Origin: an uncultured Planctomycetia bacterium
GTDB lineage: Bacteria; Omnitrophota; Gorgyraeia; VGKH01; JBHPFN01
DNA length: 64,000 nt
NCBI GenBank assembly: GCA_964406665.1
Contig: CAYOSQ010000002.1
Location: 182,219 to 246,218, forward strand
Direction of reading: 5' to 3'
Shown here: positions 20,244 through 30,571 of the stretch, in pieces
How the letters are laid out: each line of letters opens with the position of its first letter
Numbering within the stretch: position 1 is the first letter of the stretch
Position numbers and translations under genes: made by a program
The notes under the pieces: model-generated
Seen by the model: the letters and a program-made list of their open reading frames with translations, nothing else
Databases searched by the model: none
Told to the model about the DNA's origin: nothing

Positions 20244-21544
20244 ATAACCTCCTGCGGATGGGTTATTCTTCCTGTAATACTACTTGCTGCAGCAACCGCT
20301 GGATTTGATAAATAAACAAAGCTCTCTGGATCTCCCATTCTTCCGATGAAATTCCTGTTAGTAGTAGCTAAGGCGACTTCGCCTTTAGCTAAAACTCCGT
20401 CGTGTCCTCCCAGGCAGGGGCCGCACGTTGGTGTTGAAAACACTGCTCCGGCCTTAACGAAAATTTCGGCAAATCCTTTTTCAACAGCCTCTAAATAAAT
20501 CTTCTGTGTAGCTGGAATCACGATAAGCCTAAGCCCAGGAAAAGCCTTTCGCCCTTTTAGGATATTTGCCGCAATGCGTAAATCACTAATTCTGCCGTTT
20601 GTGCAAGAACCAATAACAACTTGATTTAATTTTACGTTTTTAAGTCTGTTCGCTGGTTTTGTGTTGCTAGGCAGGTGCGGACAAGATACCACGGGTTCCC
20701 ATTTGCTTACGTCGTATTTTTTGATAGCACAGTAACGAGCATCTTTGTCACTTTTTAATCCCGCCCATTTATCTATTTTTTTCCTAAGGTTCTTTTTTTC
20801 TTTCGCTGCCAAAACTTTTTTAAGGTAATCAAAGGTAATTTTATCAGGTTCAATTATTCCGGATTTTCCCCCTGCCTCAATTGCCATGTTGCAGATAGTT
20901 AACCTTTCATCCATCTGCATATTTCTAATAACGCTTCCGGTAAATTCCATTGCTTTATATCTTGCCCCGTCAACCCCAATATCACCGATTGTATGCAGGA
21001 TTAAATCTTTCCCAGATACCCACTTATTAAGCGTACCTTCATATACAAACTTTATCGTCTCGGGAACTTTAAACCAACATTTACCCAGTGCCCAGCTTGC
21101 ACCTAAATCAGTTGAACCAACGCCGGTCGAAAACGCACCCAGCGCACCATATGTACAAGTGTGTGAATCAGCACCGATTATCAACTTACCTGGTTCTATT
21201 AAACCCATTTCAGGAAGAAGAGCATGCTCAATACCCATACATCCCACTTCATAATAATGCTTTATCTTTTGTTCTTTAGCAAAGTCCTTCAAGTATTTAG
21301 CTGCATTTGCACTGGTAAAATCACGTGCTGGCAAAAAATGATCAGGAATAAGAGCAATCTTATTCCTATCGAATACTTTTCTTATCTTGAGCTTCTTGAA
21401 TTCTTGAATAGCAAGCGGTGCGGTAATATCATTACCTAAAGTTAAATCCACACTAGCTAAGATGAACTCTCCCGGATGAAAGGTCTTAGAAGTAGACTCC
21501 TTAGAATGAGCCAGTAGTATTTTTTCTGTAATTGTTAATCCCAT
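20240..21544 (-). CDS. leuC: 3-isopropylmalate dehydratase large subunit
   Basis: GADSHTCT, IGSCTNGR, CGPCLG, TTNRNF.GRMG. Confidence 0.95.
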   Translation of the reverse strand: MGLTITEKILLAHSKESTSKTFHPGEFILASVDLTLGNDITAPLAIQEFKKLKIRKVFDRNKIALIPDHFLPARDFTSANAAKYLKDFAKEQKIKHYYEVGCMGIEHALLPEMGLIEPGKLIIGADSHTCTYGALGAFSTGVGSTDLGASWALGKCWFKVPETIKFVYEGTLNKWVSGKDLILHTIGDIGVDGARYKAMEFTGSVIRNMQMDERLTICNMAIEAGGKSGIIEPDKITFDYLKKVLAAKEKKNLRKKIDKWAGLKSDKDARYCAIKKYDVSKWEPVVSCPHLPSNTKPANRLKNVKLNQVVIGSCTNGRISDLRIAANILKGRKAFPGLRLIVIPATQKIYLEAVEKGFAEIFVKAGAVFSTPTCGPCLGGHDGVLAKGEVALATTNRNFIGRMGDPESFVYLSNPAVAAASSITGRITHPQEVI

Positions 21545-21559
21545 TATTCTTTATTAAAT

Positions 21560-22801
21560 CTATTCAACAAACTTCTTTATGGCGAGAGTAGCATTATGTC
21601 CGCCAAATCCTAAGGAATTAGACATGACTACTTCGACCTTCTGCTTGCGGGGCTTATTAGGTACATAATCCAAATCACATTCAGGATCGGGGTTTTTGTA
21701 ATTAATCGTTGGGGGGATAATTTCATTTTTTATCGCCAGAGTGCAAGCTACAAACTCAATGCCACCTGCAGCACCCAAGAGATGTCCGGTCACTGACTTG
21801 GTAGAGCTAATGGCCAATTTTTTTGCATGTTCGCCAAATGAAGTCTTGATAGCTTTCGTCTCAATCCTGTCATTAAGTTTAGTAGAAGTACCGTGTGCAT
21901 TTATATAATCAACATCTTCAGGTTTTAAACCAGAATTTCTTAAAGCCATCTCCATAGCAAGTGATGCTCCATGACCATCCGGATCAGGTGCTGTGATGTG
22001 ATAAGCATCCCCGGATAAACCATAACCTGCTATTTCCGCGTATATCTTGGCGTTTCTTTTCTTTGCGTGATCTAGAGTTTCCAGAATTACTATTCCTGCT
22101 CCTTCAGCTATAACAAAACCGTCTCTTTCTTTATCAAATGGTTTACTAGCCCCTGTTGGGTCGTCATTCTGTCTAGAAAGTGCCTTGAGCGCACAGAAGC
22201 CACCAACAGCTAAAATAGAAATACAGCTCTCTGTTCCTCCAGCAATCATTACATCAGCGTCATCGTGCTGCAAGAGCCTAAAGGCATCCCCTATAGAGTG
22301 AGACCCTGAAGCGCAAGCTGTAGTAACGCAAGTGTTCGGACCTTTTACACCTAAATCTATAGAAACCTGACCGGCTGCTTCATTAACAATCAACCTAGGA
22401 ATCAAGAACGGAGAAAACTTTTTAGGACCTTTTGCTAGATATTTAATATACTCTGATTCCATGGTGTGTAAGCTTCCAATACCAGAACCGAGAATTACTC
22501 CAATTCTATCTAGCTCCTCTTTTTCTAGATCTAATGCTGAATCTTTAATGGCTTCACGCGAAGCTATAACAGCAAACTGAACAAAACGTTCTAGATGCCT
22601 AGCTTCCTTAGTATTGAAATGATCGCTAGCATCAAAATCCTTTATTTCACCCGCAATTTTGGAATCGAAAAGCGTAGGGTCAAATTGAGTAATCATTCCA
22701 ATGCCGTTTCTTCCCTCAAGCAAAGAATTCCAATACTTAGAAACGCAATTTCCTACTGGCGTGATTGCTCCCAAACCTGTTACAACGATTCTTTTTTTCA
22801 T
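21560..22801 (-). CDS. fabF: 3-oxoacyl-ACP synthase II (housekeeping)
   Basis: TACASG, NAHGTST, GHLLGAAG, SNSLGFGG; follows acpP. Confidence 0.96.
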   Translation of the reverse strand: MKKRIVVTGLGAITPVGNCVSKYWNSLLEGRNGIGMITQFDPTLFDSKIAGEIKDFDASDHFNTKEARHLERFVQFAVIASREAIKDSALDLEKEELDRIGVILGSGIGSLHTMESEYIKYLAKGPKKFSPFLIPRLIVNEAAGQVSIDLGVKGPNTCVTTACASGSHSIGDAFRLLQHDDADVMIAGGTESCISILAVGGFCALKALSRQNDDPTGASKPFDKERDGFVIAEGAGIVILETLDHAKKRNAKIYAEIAGYGLSGDAYHITAPDPDGHGASLAMEMALRNSGLKPEDVDYINAHGTSTKLNDRIETKAIKTSFGEHAKKLAISSTKSVTGHLLGAAGGIEFVACTLAIKNEIIPPTINYKNPDPECDLDYVPNKPRKQKVEVVMSNSLGFGGHNATLAIKKFVE

Positions 22802-22810
22802 AAACTTTTT

Positions 22811-22850
22811 AAAATAGCGCCCCGACTTAAAACATAGTCGGGGCTATTTT
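22811..22850 (-). terminator. Hairpin between acpP and fabF (partial terminator / mRNA stabiliser)
   Basis: aaaatagc-gc-cccgact-N8-agtcggg-gctatttt. Confidence 0.6.
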
Positions 22851-22880
22851 ATCTATTAAATCAGTTTTTCACTTAAGTTC

Positions 22881-23120
22881 TTATACAGCCTGGGATTTAG
22901 AATCGATATACTTAATCGCATCCCCAACAGTAGACATTTTTTCAGCATCTTCATCAGGAATCTCGATACCAAACTCTTCTTCCAATGCCATTACTAGCTC
23001 TACTGTATCTAAAGAATCTGCACCTAGGTCATCGATGAAAGAAGCCTGTTCTGTTACTTCTTCAGGTTTTACTCCTAATTGCTCAGCGATGATTGATTTA
23101 ACCTTTTCTTGAACTGCCAT
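22881..23120 (-). CDS. acpP: Acyl carrier protein
   Basis: [20 protein letters not shown]. Confidence 0.98.
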   Translation of the reverse strand: MAVQEKVKSIIAEQLGVKPEEVTEQASFIDDLGADSLDTVELVMALEEEFGIEIPDEDAEKMSTVGDAIKYIDSKSQAV

Positions 23121-23162
23121 TTACAAACCTCCTTATCAGCTTTTTCGGAACTTTTTCCGAAA

Positions 23163-23903
23163 TTACATTGCCATTCCGCCATCAACTACTATGGTCTGGC
23201 CAGTTATATATTTTGAATCTTCTGAAGCTAGAAACAGGCACGCGTCAGCCACATTAGCCGGTGTGCCAAGTTTCTTCAATGGGATCATTGCCAGCATCTT
23301 CTCCTTTACTGTATCAGAGAGCTTATTTGTCATCTCTGTTTGAATATATCCAGGAGCGATTGCATTAACATTGATATTGCGCGAAGCTAGCTCTTTTGCA
23401 ATAGATTTAGTAAAGCCAATGATTCCAGCCTTGCTTGCTGCATAGTTTGCTTGTCCCGCATTACCCATTATGCCAATGATCGAAGCGATGTTTACCACTT
23501 TACCTGATTGCTGCTTGACCATCACCTTTGAAACTACCTTGGTGCAGTTAAAGACACCTTTTAAATTTACGGTTAGAACTGCATCCCAGTCTGCCTCTTT
23601 CATCCTAAGTAGCAAGTTATCCTTGGTGATGCCAGCGTTATTGACTAATATATCAATCCTTTTGAATTTGTCAAGGATTTTATTAACCATCTCATCTACA
23701 CTTGATAGATTTGTAACGTCAACTGCAAAGCTGTCTGTCGTACAACCCAACTTTTTCAGCTCATCGCTGGTTTCCTTGGCCATCTCAGCATTTATATCAG
23801 AGATAATCACTGTAGCACCTGCCTTTGCCAGCTGCAGGGCGATCTCTTTTCCTATGCCTCTTGCCGATCCAGTTACTAGGGCAATTTTGTCTTTTAAGTC
23901 CAT
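23163..23903 (-). CDS. fabG: 3-oxoacyl-ACP reductase (start at MDLKDK, preceded by GGAG)
   Basis: TGSARGIG, NNAGITKD, GQANYAASK. Confidence 0.96.
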   Translation of the reverse strand: MDLKDKIALVTGSARGIGKEIALQLAKAGATVIISDINAEMAKETSDELKKLGCTTDSFAVDVTNLSSVDEMVNKILDKFKRIDILVNNAGITKDNLLLRMKEADWDAVLTVNLKGVFNCTKVVSKVMVKQQSGKVVNIASIIGIMGNAGQANYAASKAGIIGFTKSIAKELASRNINVNAIAPGYIQTEMTNKLSDTVKEKMLAMIPLKKLGTPANVADACLFLASEDSKYITGQTIVVDGGMAM

Positions 23904-23932
23904 AGTTTTAAACTCCATAAAAACCTGGGTCT

Positions 23933-23960
23933 ATAATATCAATAAATTTCTCTTTTGCAA
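23933..23960 (-). promoter_or_regulatory. Putative promoter for fabG-acpP-fabF
   Basis: TTGCAA-N16-TATTAT with TGn extended -10. Confidence 0.45.
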
Positions 23961-23983
23961 GAGAAAATTCAAAAAATTCATTA

Positions 23984-24895
23984 CTAGAAGGAATAAACCA
24001 AAGAAGACAATATCTTCATGTCCGTTTTTTTCGTTCCAGCTGAGGGCTCAGAGTTGTAATCATTTATCCAACTGATCTGCAAAGAGAGTTTTTCGCTAAT
24101 AGGATTAGTGAACACTGTTTCAGAATGAAGTCTGTACTTGCCGGCATCTGCAAGCGATGGATACAAATAGACATCTTCCGAAATGCGTGAATCTTTAAAC
24201 AGCTTTTTCTCAAGAAAAGCACGCGGAATAAGCACCGGCTCTGTTTCGTCTTTAGTTGAGTCAATATAATTTGTATATTCAGCTCCAATGCCAATTTCTC
24301 CCATAGCTTTGAAATCATCGGTATCAGCCAACCAATACCCCACCCCTGTTGAGGGAATAATCCTATAATTTATATTAGCAAATTTGTCGTGGTTGCTTTC
24401 AATCTTGTAAAAATTATACCACTTCCTTTCCCAAAAACTGTAAGCATAGCGCGTCATACCGTTCCATGTTTGAGCGTCCATTTTTTTATTAGTTGAAGAA
24501 AAAAACGTATCGCCTTTGAGATGAAATTCATCATCATCGGTTTTTCTGTGGACGACCAGCTTGGTAGAAAGTTGACTATTTTCTGTATTGCCACTTGTTT
24601 GATTATAACCAACAGATATATTTTTTTCCCATTGAGGCAATGATTCTGCTGGCTTTGCTTCTTGCGAAATCTCCTCTACTATTTCATTGACAACGATTTT
24701 ATCTACATAGTCTTTATTAATGGTTATTTCTCCAGTCGCTTCACTTTTAATCACAACAATATCTTCTGTTTCGCTGACGATCTCCCCGCTTATTTTATCG
24801 CTGTTTTTAAGATGTATCTGGGCAGCAGAAAGATTACTAGTAAATGCTGTGAGAAGAAAAACCAAAATTAAGCCTAAGTTAACAAGAGTTCTCAC
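23984..24895 (-). CDS. DUF481-type outer-membrane beta-barrel protein
   Basis: Signal peptide, SGNTENSQ, YRIIPSTGVGY, C-terminal LVYSF barrel signature. Confidence 0.8.
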   Translation of the reverse strand: MRTLVNLGLILVFLLTAFTSNLSAAQIHLKNSDKISGEIVSETEDIVVIKSEATGEITINKDYVDKIVVNEIVEEISQEAKPAESLPQWEKNISVGYNQTSGNTENSQLSTKLVVHRKTDDDEFHLKGDTFFSSTNKKMDAQTWNGMTRYAYSFWERKWYNFYKIESNHDKFANINYRIIPSTGVGYWLADTDDFKAMGEIGIGAEYTNYIDSTKDETEPVLIPRAFLEKKLFKDSRISEDVYLYPSLADAGKYRLHSETVFTNPISEKLSLQISWINDYNSEPSAGTKKTDMKILSSLVYSF

Positions 24896-24909
24896 CTAAA
24901 AAAACCTCC

Positions 24910-25680
24910 TTAAATATGAGCTGCTACAATATTTTTTAATTTATCGTGAATTTTTCCGTTTGAGGCAATATAGCCAACTGAAGAATGAGTTAAGGTTTCC
25001 CCTTTTAACCCGGTAATCTTACCTCCCGCTTCTTCAATAATACAGACACTGCCGGCAAAATCCCAGGGTAAATCATGAAACTCAATTGAAGCATCCAAGC
25101 AACCTTCGGCAATATAGCTTAAGATACGAGCAGAAGAACCATACATCCTAATGTTAAAAGCTTGCAAAGCAACATCCCGCAAAGTGGTAGTCATAACATC
25201 TGCTGCCTTGGCAATACTAGAATCAAATGAAATCGAACATCTGCTTAAGTCCTCATTATCGGACACTTTAATCTTTTTTTCATTCTTGAAAGCACCCGCA
25301 CCTTTTTGAGCACAGTACATCTCCTTCTCAACCGGCATATAGATAACACCTGCGATAAACTCTTTATTGCGGATAAGCCCAATGCTCACTCCAAAAATAT
25401 TCATATTACGGATATAGTTATGCGTTCCATCTAAAGGATCTATAATCCAGAGATTCTCCTTATTATTACCTTGAGAGCCGCTTTCTTCGGCTAATATTCC
25501 ATGCTCTGGGAAATCTTCCTTTATCTTTTTAACTATAATACCCTCTGCTTCTTTATCTAAGTTAGTAGCTAAAGACCTGTCCTTCTTTCTTTCAATGTTG
25601 CTGACCTTACCAAAATTTTCTAAAAGAAAATCTCCGGCCTCTCTTGCTGCGGATACGGCAGTATTGATAATCTCACTCAT
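24910..25680 (-). CDS. Inositol monophosphatase family (SuhB-like)
   Basis: AEE, WIIDPLDGTHNY, PWDFAG, EEAGG. Confidence 0.92.
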   Translation of the reverse strand: MSEIINTAVSAAREAGDFLLENFGKVSNIERKKDRSLATNLDKEAEGIIVKKIKEDFPEHGILAEESGSQGNNKENLWIIDPLDGTHNYIRNMNIFGVSIGLIRNKEFIAGVIYMPVEKEMYCAQKGAGAFKNEKKIKVSDNEDLSRCSISFDSSIAKAADVMTTTLRDVALQAFNIRMYGSSARILSYIAEGCLDASIEFHDLPWDFAGSVCIIEEAGGKITGLKGETLTHSSVGYIASNGKIHDKLKNIVAAHI

Positions 25681-26023
25681 TTCTCTTCCTTTTTTTAGTC
25701 TTTATGCTATTTATAAGTTCTATTTTTCTATCTCGAGAAAATGTTTTTACTTCATATTCTCGAACAAGTGCATCTTTTCTATCTGACCTTCCTTCACTAT
25801 AGCGAAGCTTTACGGGTCTGCGCAAGCTTGTATAATAGGAAGCTTTTCCATCATTGTGCATTTTAAGCCGGCGCTCAATGTTGTTAGTTATTCCTGTATA
25901 AAGAGAGCCGTCTGAACATTCAACAATATAAAGTTGCCAGGATAAATCAGCATTTTTCTTAAGTTTGCCACTTTGCAGCTTATCTTTCATCCTGCTGATC
26001 ATTTTTTTGTATTGCGAATCCAT
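25673..26023 (-). CDS. GIY-YIG nuclease (YhbQ/UPF0213-like)
   Basis: LYIVECSDGSLYTGITNNIERRLKMHN..YT..RRPV..ALVREYEVK. Confidence 0.88.
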   Translation of the reverse strand: MDSQYKKMISRMKDKLQSGKLKKNADLSWQLYIVECSDGSLYTGITNNIERRLKMHNDGKASYYTSLRRPVKLRYSEGRSDRKDALVREYEVKTFSRDRKIELINSIKTKKRKRNE

Positions 26024-26031
26024 TTATAGTT

Positions 26032-26727
26032 TTAGTTTTCTAAAGAAATAATTGTTTTTGAATGATCTGGTGATGCGGTTGCCAGTTCTTCTTTGCTTAC
26101 GATTTTGGTTCCTTTCGGAGGCTCAAAGAAAAACAGATACTCATTTATGTCTTCTTTAGTCTTAAAAGCTGTACATTCGATTCCCCAGGTAAGGTAATGA
26201 TTATACGGATCGGCATTTAAAAAAGCCTTTTTCTTCACTCGCTTAACATAAAATTCTTCCCTGTGGACAAACAACTCTACGTTATTAAAACCGCCTACTT
26301 CTTTTTCTTTGAAGACATAGCGATGACAAGGGCTATCATTAAAAAATATATCTTCGGGTTCAGGTAACCCCGTAGCTTTCATCTTCCAGAAAAAAAGTTT
26401 CTTGCTTAAAAAAGTTGCAGAAATGTTCCTGCGCACAGCATAAGGTGCATCAAAAAAATCTTCACTGGGAAAATAATACCACAGTGTCTTACCGTTATAG
26501 ATTACCTCATATAAAAGCTTGGATTCTTTAAAGTACTTTACGCGAAACATTTTCCCCTTAACCAGAAGGGTTATTTTCTCATAGGTTGAATCACCTGAGG
26601 GAATCCGAGATCTCTTGGCATATGATGCCTCGAATTGATTATTACCATTTACTTCAAGCGCAACCGGGCTTGGAAGCGAACAGCCATATACCAATAAAAT
26701 GCTTAGAACAAATAATACTCTCTTCAT
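26032..26727 (-). CDS. Lipoprotein with LolA-like fold
   Basis: Lipobox VYGC; IYNGKTLWYY and FEPPKGTKIV resemble LolA-family motifs. Confidence 0.55.
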   Translation of the reverse strand: MKRVLFVLSILLVYGCSLPSPVALEVNGNNQFEASYAKRSRIPSGDSTYEKITLLVKGKMFRVKYFKESKLLYEVIYNGKTLWYYFPSEDFFDAPYAVRRNISATFLSKKLFFWKMKATGLPEPEDIFFNDSPCHRYVFKEKEVGGFNNVELFVHREEFYVKRVKKKAFLNADPYNHYLTWGIECTAFKTKEDINEYLFFFEPPKGTKIVSKEELATASPDHSKTIISLEN

Positions 26728-26745
26728 GTCATCACCACAAAATAT

Positions 26746-26907
26746 TTAACGAGTCCTTTTGTTTTTTCTTCTTAAAGCCTTAGCCATTCGCTCAATTGCC
26801 TGTTTCTTAGTGCTACCTTCAGTAAGATGATCACAGCAAATCACGGCATAACCAATACGATTTTTAATCTTAAAGACTTTTACAGCTTTTCCTTCAATCT
26901 TCATCAT
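26746..26907 (-). CDS. 53-aa basic protein, possible HicB-like N-terminal fold (below ORF-track cutoff)
   Basis: RBS AAGGAG; MMKIEGKAVKVFKIKNRIGYAVICCDHLTEGSTKKQAIERMAKALRRKNKRTR. Confidence 0.65.
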   Translation of the reverse strand: MMKIEGKAVKVFKIKNRIGYAVICCDHLTEGSTKKQAIERMAKALRRKNKRTR

Positions 26908-26925
26908 AACTCCTTTATCAATAAA

Positions 26926-27123
26926 CTATTTAATAGTTTCTTGACGCATAATTGATTTATCAACTTCATAATAATCAGCATTTTGCTGTGTAGGTAATTG
27001 AACAAAATATAATATAAAGAAGAAAAAAAGAATAGCAACAGTCATCAAAGAAACAATCACTACGCAAACTGTGCTTTTCTTCTTCAGGTTACCTATAACA
27101 TCTGCGCGATCTTCTGATTCCAT
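26926..27123 (-). CDS. Small single-TM hypothetical protein
   Basis: 65 aa with hydrophobic stretch; fits the gene run. Confidence 0.55.
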   Translation of the reverse strand: MESEDRADVIGNLKKKSTVCVVIVSLMTVAILFFFFILYFVQLPTQQNADYYEVDKSIMRQETIK

Positions 27124-27140
27124 CGTATTTAAAAGATTGC

Positions 27141-27929
27141 CTATCCCTCATTTTTCTTAGTATAATTTGAAGCCTTAAGCATCTGCAGCAACATACCAAT
27201 CATTGGAGAAGAATCTCCCTCTCCTAATTTTTTAACGCCCGCGTCTAAAATTGCTGAGATCTTATCTAGGTTCTTTTCTGTAACGGAAACACTCTCCCTT
27301 GTTTCGATTTCTTTAACTGCTTCAGAAATAAATTTTTTTTTCTGAATTTTTGAAAATTGTTTCCACTCTCTTGCAGTTATGCCATAACCGTTTATTGTTG
27401 CTTTATCCGCTGGAAAGAAAAAAACAATAGAATCTTTTTTTAACTTTTTAAAAAAAGATGAATATTCGTTTTCGAAAGAGCTAAACTCGCTAAAGACCGT
27501 TCCATCCCACATATAAATCTTTGTTCCTACATCTTCAAGCTTGCTGGGTCTTTTATTCATAGTGTCTCTATAGTAAATCTTCCTAGTTTTAACAACAATG
27601 TACATCCTGCTGTCTTCGGGATCCGGTCGCTTAAACTTAACCTCAGAGATAACTTCGGTATTTTCTTTACCCGGAATTCTAAAAGTAGAGTCCATGGTTT
27701 GCGCATGAAAAATCAACTTCCATTCAGGGAGCTCATCCTTAAAAATTCTCATATCTTCTCTATAATGATTATCATCAACAACTGTTCTAGATTCAACTAT
27801 GATCTCATCTAAAGAATCGCCATCAAAATCAAGATAGGTATAATTCTCATACTCAGACCAGGCAAAACAATAAGATGCAATACCTAGCAATAAAAGCAAA
27901 AAAACAATACTTGATAAATGACGGTTCAT
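27141..27929 (-). CDS. Secreted hypothetical protein
   Basis: Signal peptide, DFDGDSLDEIIV (FG-GAP/EF-like loop), RBS AAGGAG. Confidence 0.7.
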   Translation of the reverse strand: MNRHLSSIVFLLLLLGIASYCFAWSEYENYTYLDFDGDSLDEIIVESRTVVDDNHYREDMRIFKDELPEWKLIFHAQTMDSTFRIPGKENTEVISEVKFKRPDPEDSRMYIVVKTRKIYYRDTMNKRPSKLEDVGTKIYMWDGTVFSEFSSFENEYSSFFKKLKKDSIVFFFPADKATINGYGITAREWKQFSKIQKKKFISEAVKEIETRESVSVTEKNLDKISAILDAGVKKLGEGDSSPMIGMLLQMLKASNYTKKNEG

Positions 27930-28025
27930 AAACTACTCCTTAAACTATGCGTTTTTTTCTCGAGAATGATTTGAAGACTATAAAACTAATAAGAAAAACT
28001 GCAAGTAGCTTTTTCACTTAATCAG

Positions 28026-28352
28026 CTACTTAATTATCAAACCACGGTTAATAAATGGAGCTATCAAAACAAAAACTATATAGGGTGAAAGAATCAACAA
28101 GGAAACCAATACAGTCAAATTAAGAACAAACTTAAGTTTTACGCTCTCTTGCCATTCCTTCAAAATCAAAATCATGGCTATAGCAATAAGTATGTACGCA
28201 TTAGTTAAATCGGCTCCGGGAAACCCAGGAAAAACCTTTTCAAAAAGTATATTGAATGAAACAATCAAAGATGCTAAAAGCGTTAAGAACGAAAGATTGG
28301 CAATCAATATAATAATACTAATGCCAGGAATATTATTTTTGTTTTCAAACAT
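28026..28352 (-). CDS. Three-TM hypothetical membrane protein
   Basis: RBS AGGAGG; three hydrophobic segments. Confidence 0.65.
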   Translation of the reverse strand: MFENKNNIPGISIIILIANLSFLTLLASLIVSFNILFEKVFPGFPGADLTNAYILIAIAMILILKEWQESVKLKFVLNLTVLVSLLILSPYIVFVLIAPFINRGLIIK

Positions 28353-28498
28353 AAAATCCTCCTTTTTGCTTATTATTTTTACCTGATTATCTTAACTCTA
28401 ATTAGCGATTTTTGCAAGTTTTAAACAGTAAAATATAACAACTAAATAATTATTGCGTTTTTTAATCTATGATATAATAAACTCAAAAGGAGAATAGA

Positions 28499-29008
28499 AT
28501 GGACTATATATCAGAATTAATGGTAGCGGATTGGATTATAATAATTCTAAGTCTAACATTAGTAAACTGCCTCCTTTACATATTAAGACTTAACAAAAAA
28601 TTAAAAACTGAGATACACAAACGAACAGTCCCAGAGCTAAATCTTCAGCTAGACCTAGATAAAATCGGTCTTTTTATTATCAACACTGGAGAAATCACTG
28701 CCAAAGACATCAACATTGTGGATTTATCTGCGACGATAAGTGATTACGGATACGATACTGATTTTAGATTTGAATTTGAAACAGTTGATGAACTAAAGCC
28801 CAAGGAAGAAAAAAAGCTTTACCCTCGTGTTTTCCAATCACAAGATGAATGCCCTCCTCATTTAGCTGAAAAAATTACAATGCATCTTTACAATACTCCC
28901 TGTAATGTTGAGACGTTATTTTCTAACACCGAGAGAATTAAATTCAAGACCTTATTTCGCAGAGAAGCTAAAGAATTCATCCAGAAAAAAACTGAACCCA
29001 TTCAATAA
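28499..29008 (+). CDS. Membrane-anchored hypothetical protein
   Basis: RBS AAGGAG, TGaTATAAT upstream at 28470-28478, N-terminal TM helix. Confidence 0.7.
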   Translation: MDYISELMVADWIIIILSLTLVNCLLYILRLNKKLKTEIHKRTVPELNLQLDLDKIGLFIINTGEITAKDINIVDLSATISDYGYDTDFRFEFETVDELKPKEEKKLYPRVFQSQDECPPHLAEKITMHLYNTPCNVETLFSNTERIKFKTLFRREAKEFIQKKTEPIQ

Positions 29009-29064
29009 TCCTGCCTAACAAATTCCAATATTTTTTTTGTTGATTTCAAAACGGAAATGAAATG

Positions 29065-30549
29065 CTATAACCTTTGCCAGGAAATAATAGACATCCTCCA
29101 GATAGGGTCATCACCGATCATTCCGGGCGGAAGATTACTGACGGTCTGAGGAACTTGGTAAATCTTTGGTACCTGACCTCCTAAATCAAAAAAATTAGAA
29201 ATAATTGTTCCCATTATATTAGTTTGCTTTGCCATAATTATTTTATTCTCCGCATAAAATAACCCCATAATATCAAGTTGGGCCTGAGATCCTAAAGTCA
29301 TATCATTGGGAGTCATTATACCTAAGATATTTGTTGGATAAGAATTATTGCCCGGGGTAAGAAGATTCGTATCTATCTGTATATTTCCTTCGCTTAAGAT
29401 TGTGCCACCGGCACCTCCGGAATTGGTATATAGAATTGTATTATTTTTGTCATCCATGACAAAGTCTCCCTCGATATAAACAATGCCATCGATAACCATG
29501 TTACCGCTTCCATCCATTGATATTGTTCCATTTGCATTAGTATAATTAAAATTCGAAGTAACATCTATGTTTGCCAACTGAGCCAATTCCCCGGGATCGC
29601 TAATAACTAATGCATTGGCCCGCAAGTAATCCTGATAAGTTGCATATCCAGGATAAGGATCAGATAAGCTTGGAAATACAACAGTGTCACCTAAATCGTA
29701 CGCATTTGACCAGCCATTGTCTGAATGAACATTGTCTGATCCTGCAGTTCCGCCAAAACCATCAGTTACAAAAGAACCATCAATTGTTTCTTTAATCCCA
29801 TTGCCAAAGATATCAGGTTGACCGGCAGTTGCAGCTCCGCTTAAGCCAACCATCCCTCTTTTTACTCTCAGTTCTGCATTTATGGTAGAGATGACTTCTC
29901 CGTTAAATAGTACTGTTGGCAAAGCAGGAACTTTAGCTTCTAAGGTGGGATCTAATCCTGAATAATTATTTCCTATTAACTCTGCAGTCCCGCCTAAATC
30001 AACTACATACTCTGTGGGATCAAGGCCTGTTCCTAAAATATGCACAGACCCGCGAACATCCACGCAACCATTGATCGTAGTACCGGCAGCACCCTGGCCA
30101 GCAAAAATAGCATTATCCCAAATAGTAGATCTACTCATAACTCCATATACCTGCAATATTTGAGAAACATCTCCATATGTTCCCTGAGATTTTAACCAAA
30201 CTGCTGTTGAAGAGACAGTCTTAATTTTTACTTCATAAGAACCACCTGATATTGCTGTAGAAGGATAATCCATTGTATAAAAACCATCTGCATCCGGACC
30301 GCTTAAAGTAATACTATTTATTACTCCGCCACTCCAATCTTGATCTAAGATATATTCTGCACGTAAATCGTAAATTCCTTGCTCAAGCCCTGCCTCTGCA
30401 ATATTAAAAGCTAAGGCGATCATTTTCTGGCGTTGTGAGATATTATTTTCATTTAGACTCATCATCATAATAGCTGCACCTAAAATACTAAATACAACAA
30501 CTATTATTAGAACCATTACCAGTGCACTTGCTTTTTTGTTTGTCATCAT
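29065..30549 (-). CDS. PilX-like minor pilin / pilus-tip protein
   Basis: KKASALVMVLII hydrophobic N-terminus, AFNIAEAGLE PilX-N motif, beta-rich C-terminus. Confidence 0.75.
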   Translation of the reverse strand: MMTNKKASALVMVLIIVVVFSILGAAIMMMSLNENNISQRQKMIALAFNIAEAGLEQGIYDLRAEYILDQDWSGGVINSITLSGPDADGFYTMDYPSTAISGGSYEVKIKTVSSTAVWLKSQGTYGDVSQILQVYGVMSRSTIWDNAIFAGQGAAGTTINGCVDVRGSVHILGTGLDPTEYVVDLGGTAELIGNNYSGLDPTLEAKVPALPTVLFNGEVISTINAELRVKRGMVGLSGAATAGQPDIFGNGIKETIDGSFVTDGFGGTAGSDNVHSDNGWSNAYDLGDTVVFPSLSDPYPGYATYQDYLRANALVISDPGELAQLANIDVTSNFNYTNANGTISMDGSGNMVIDGIVYIEGDFVMDDKNNTILYTNSGGAGGTILSEGNIQIDTNLLTPGNNSYPTNILGIMTPNDMTLGSQAQLDIMGLFYAENKIIMAKQTNIMGTIISNFFDLGGQVPKIYQVPQTVSNLPPGMIGDDPIWRMSIISWQRL

Positions 30550-30571
30550 TGTTCCTTTGCAAAACATTAAA

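Noticed and set aside
2713-23470. Many short plus-strand ORFs opposite housekeeping genes
   Set aside because: Antisense shadows of well-supported genes with no motifs or RBS.
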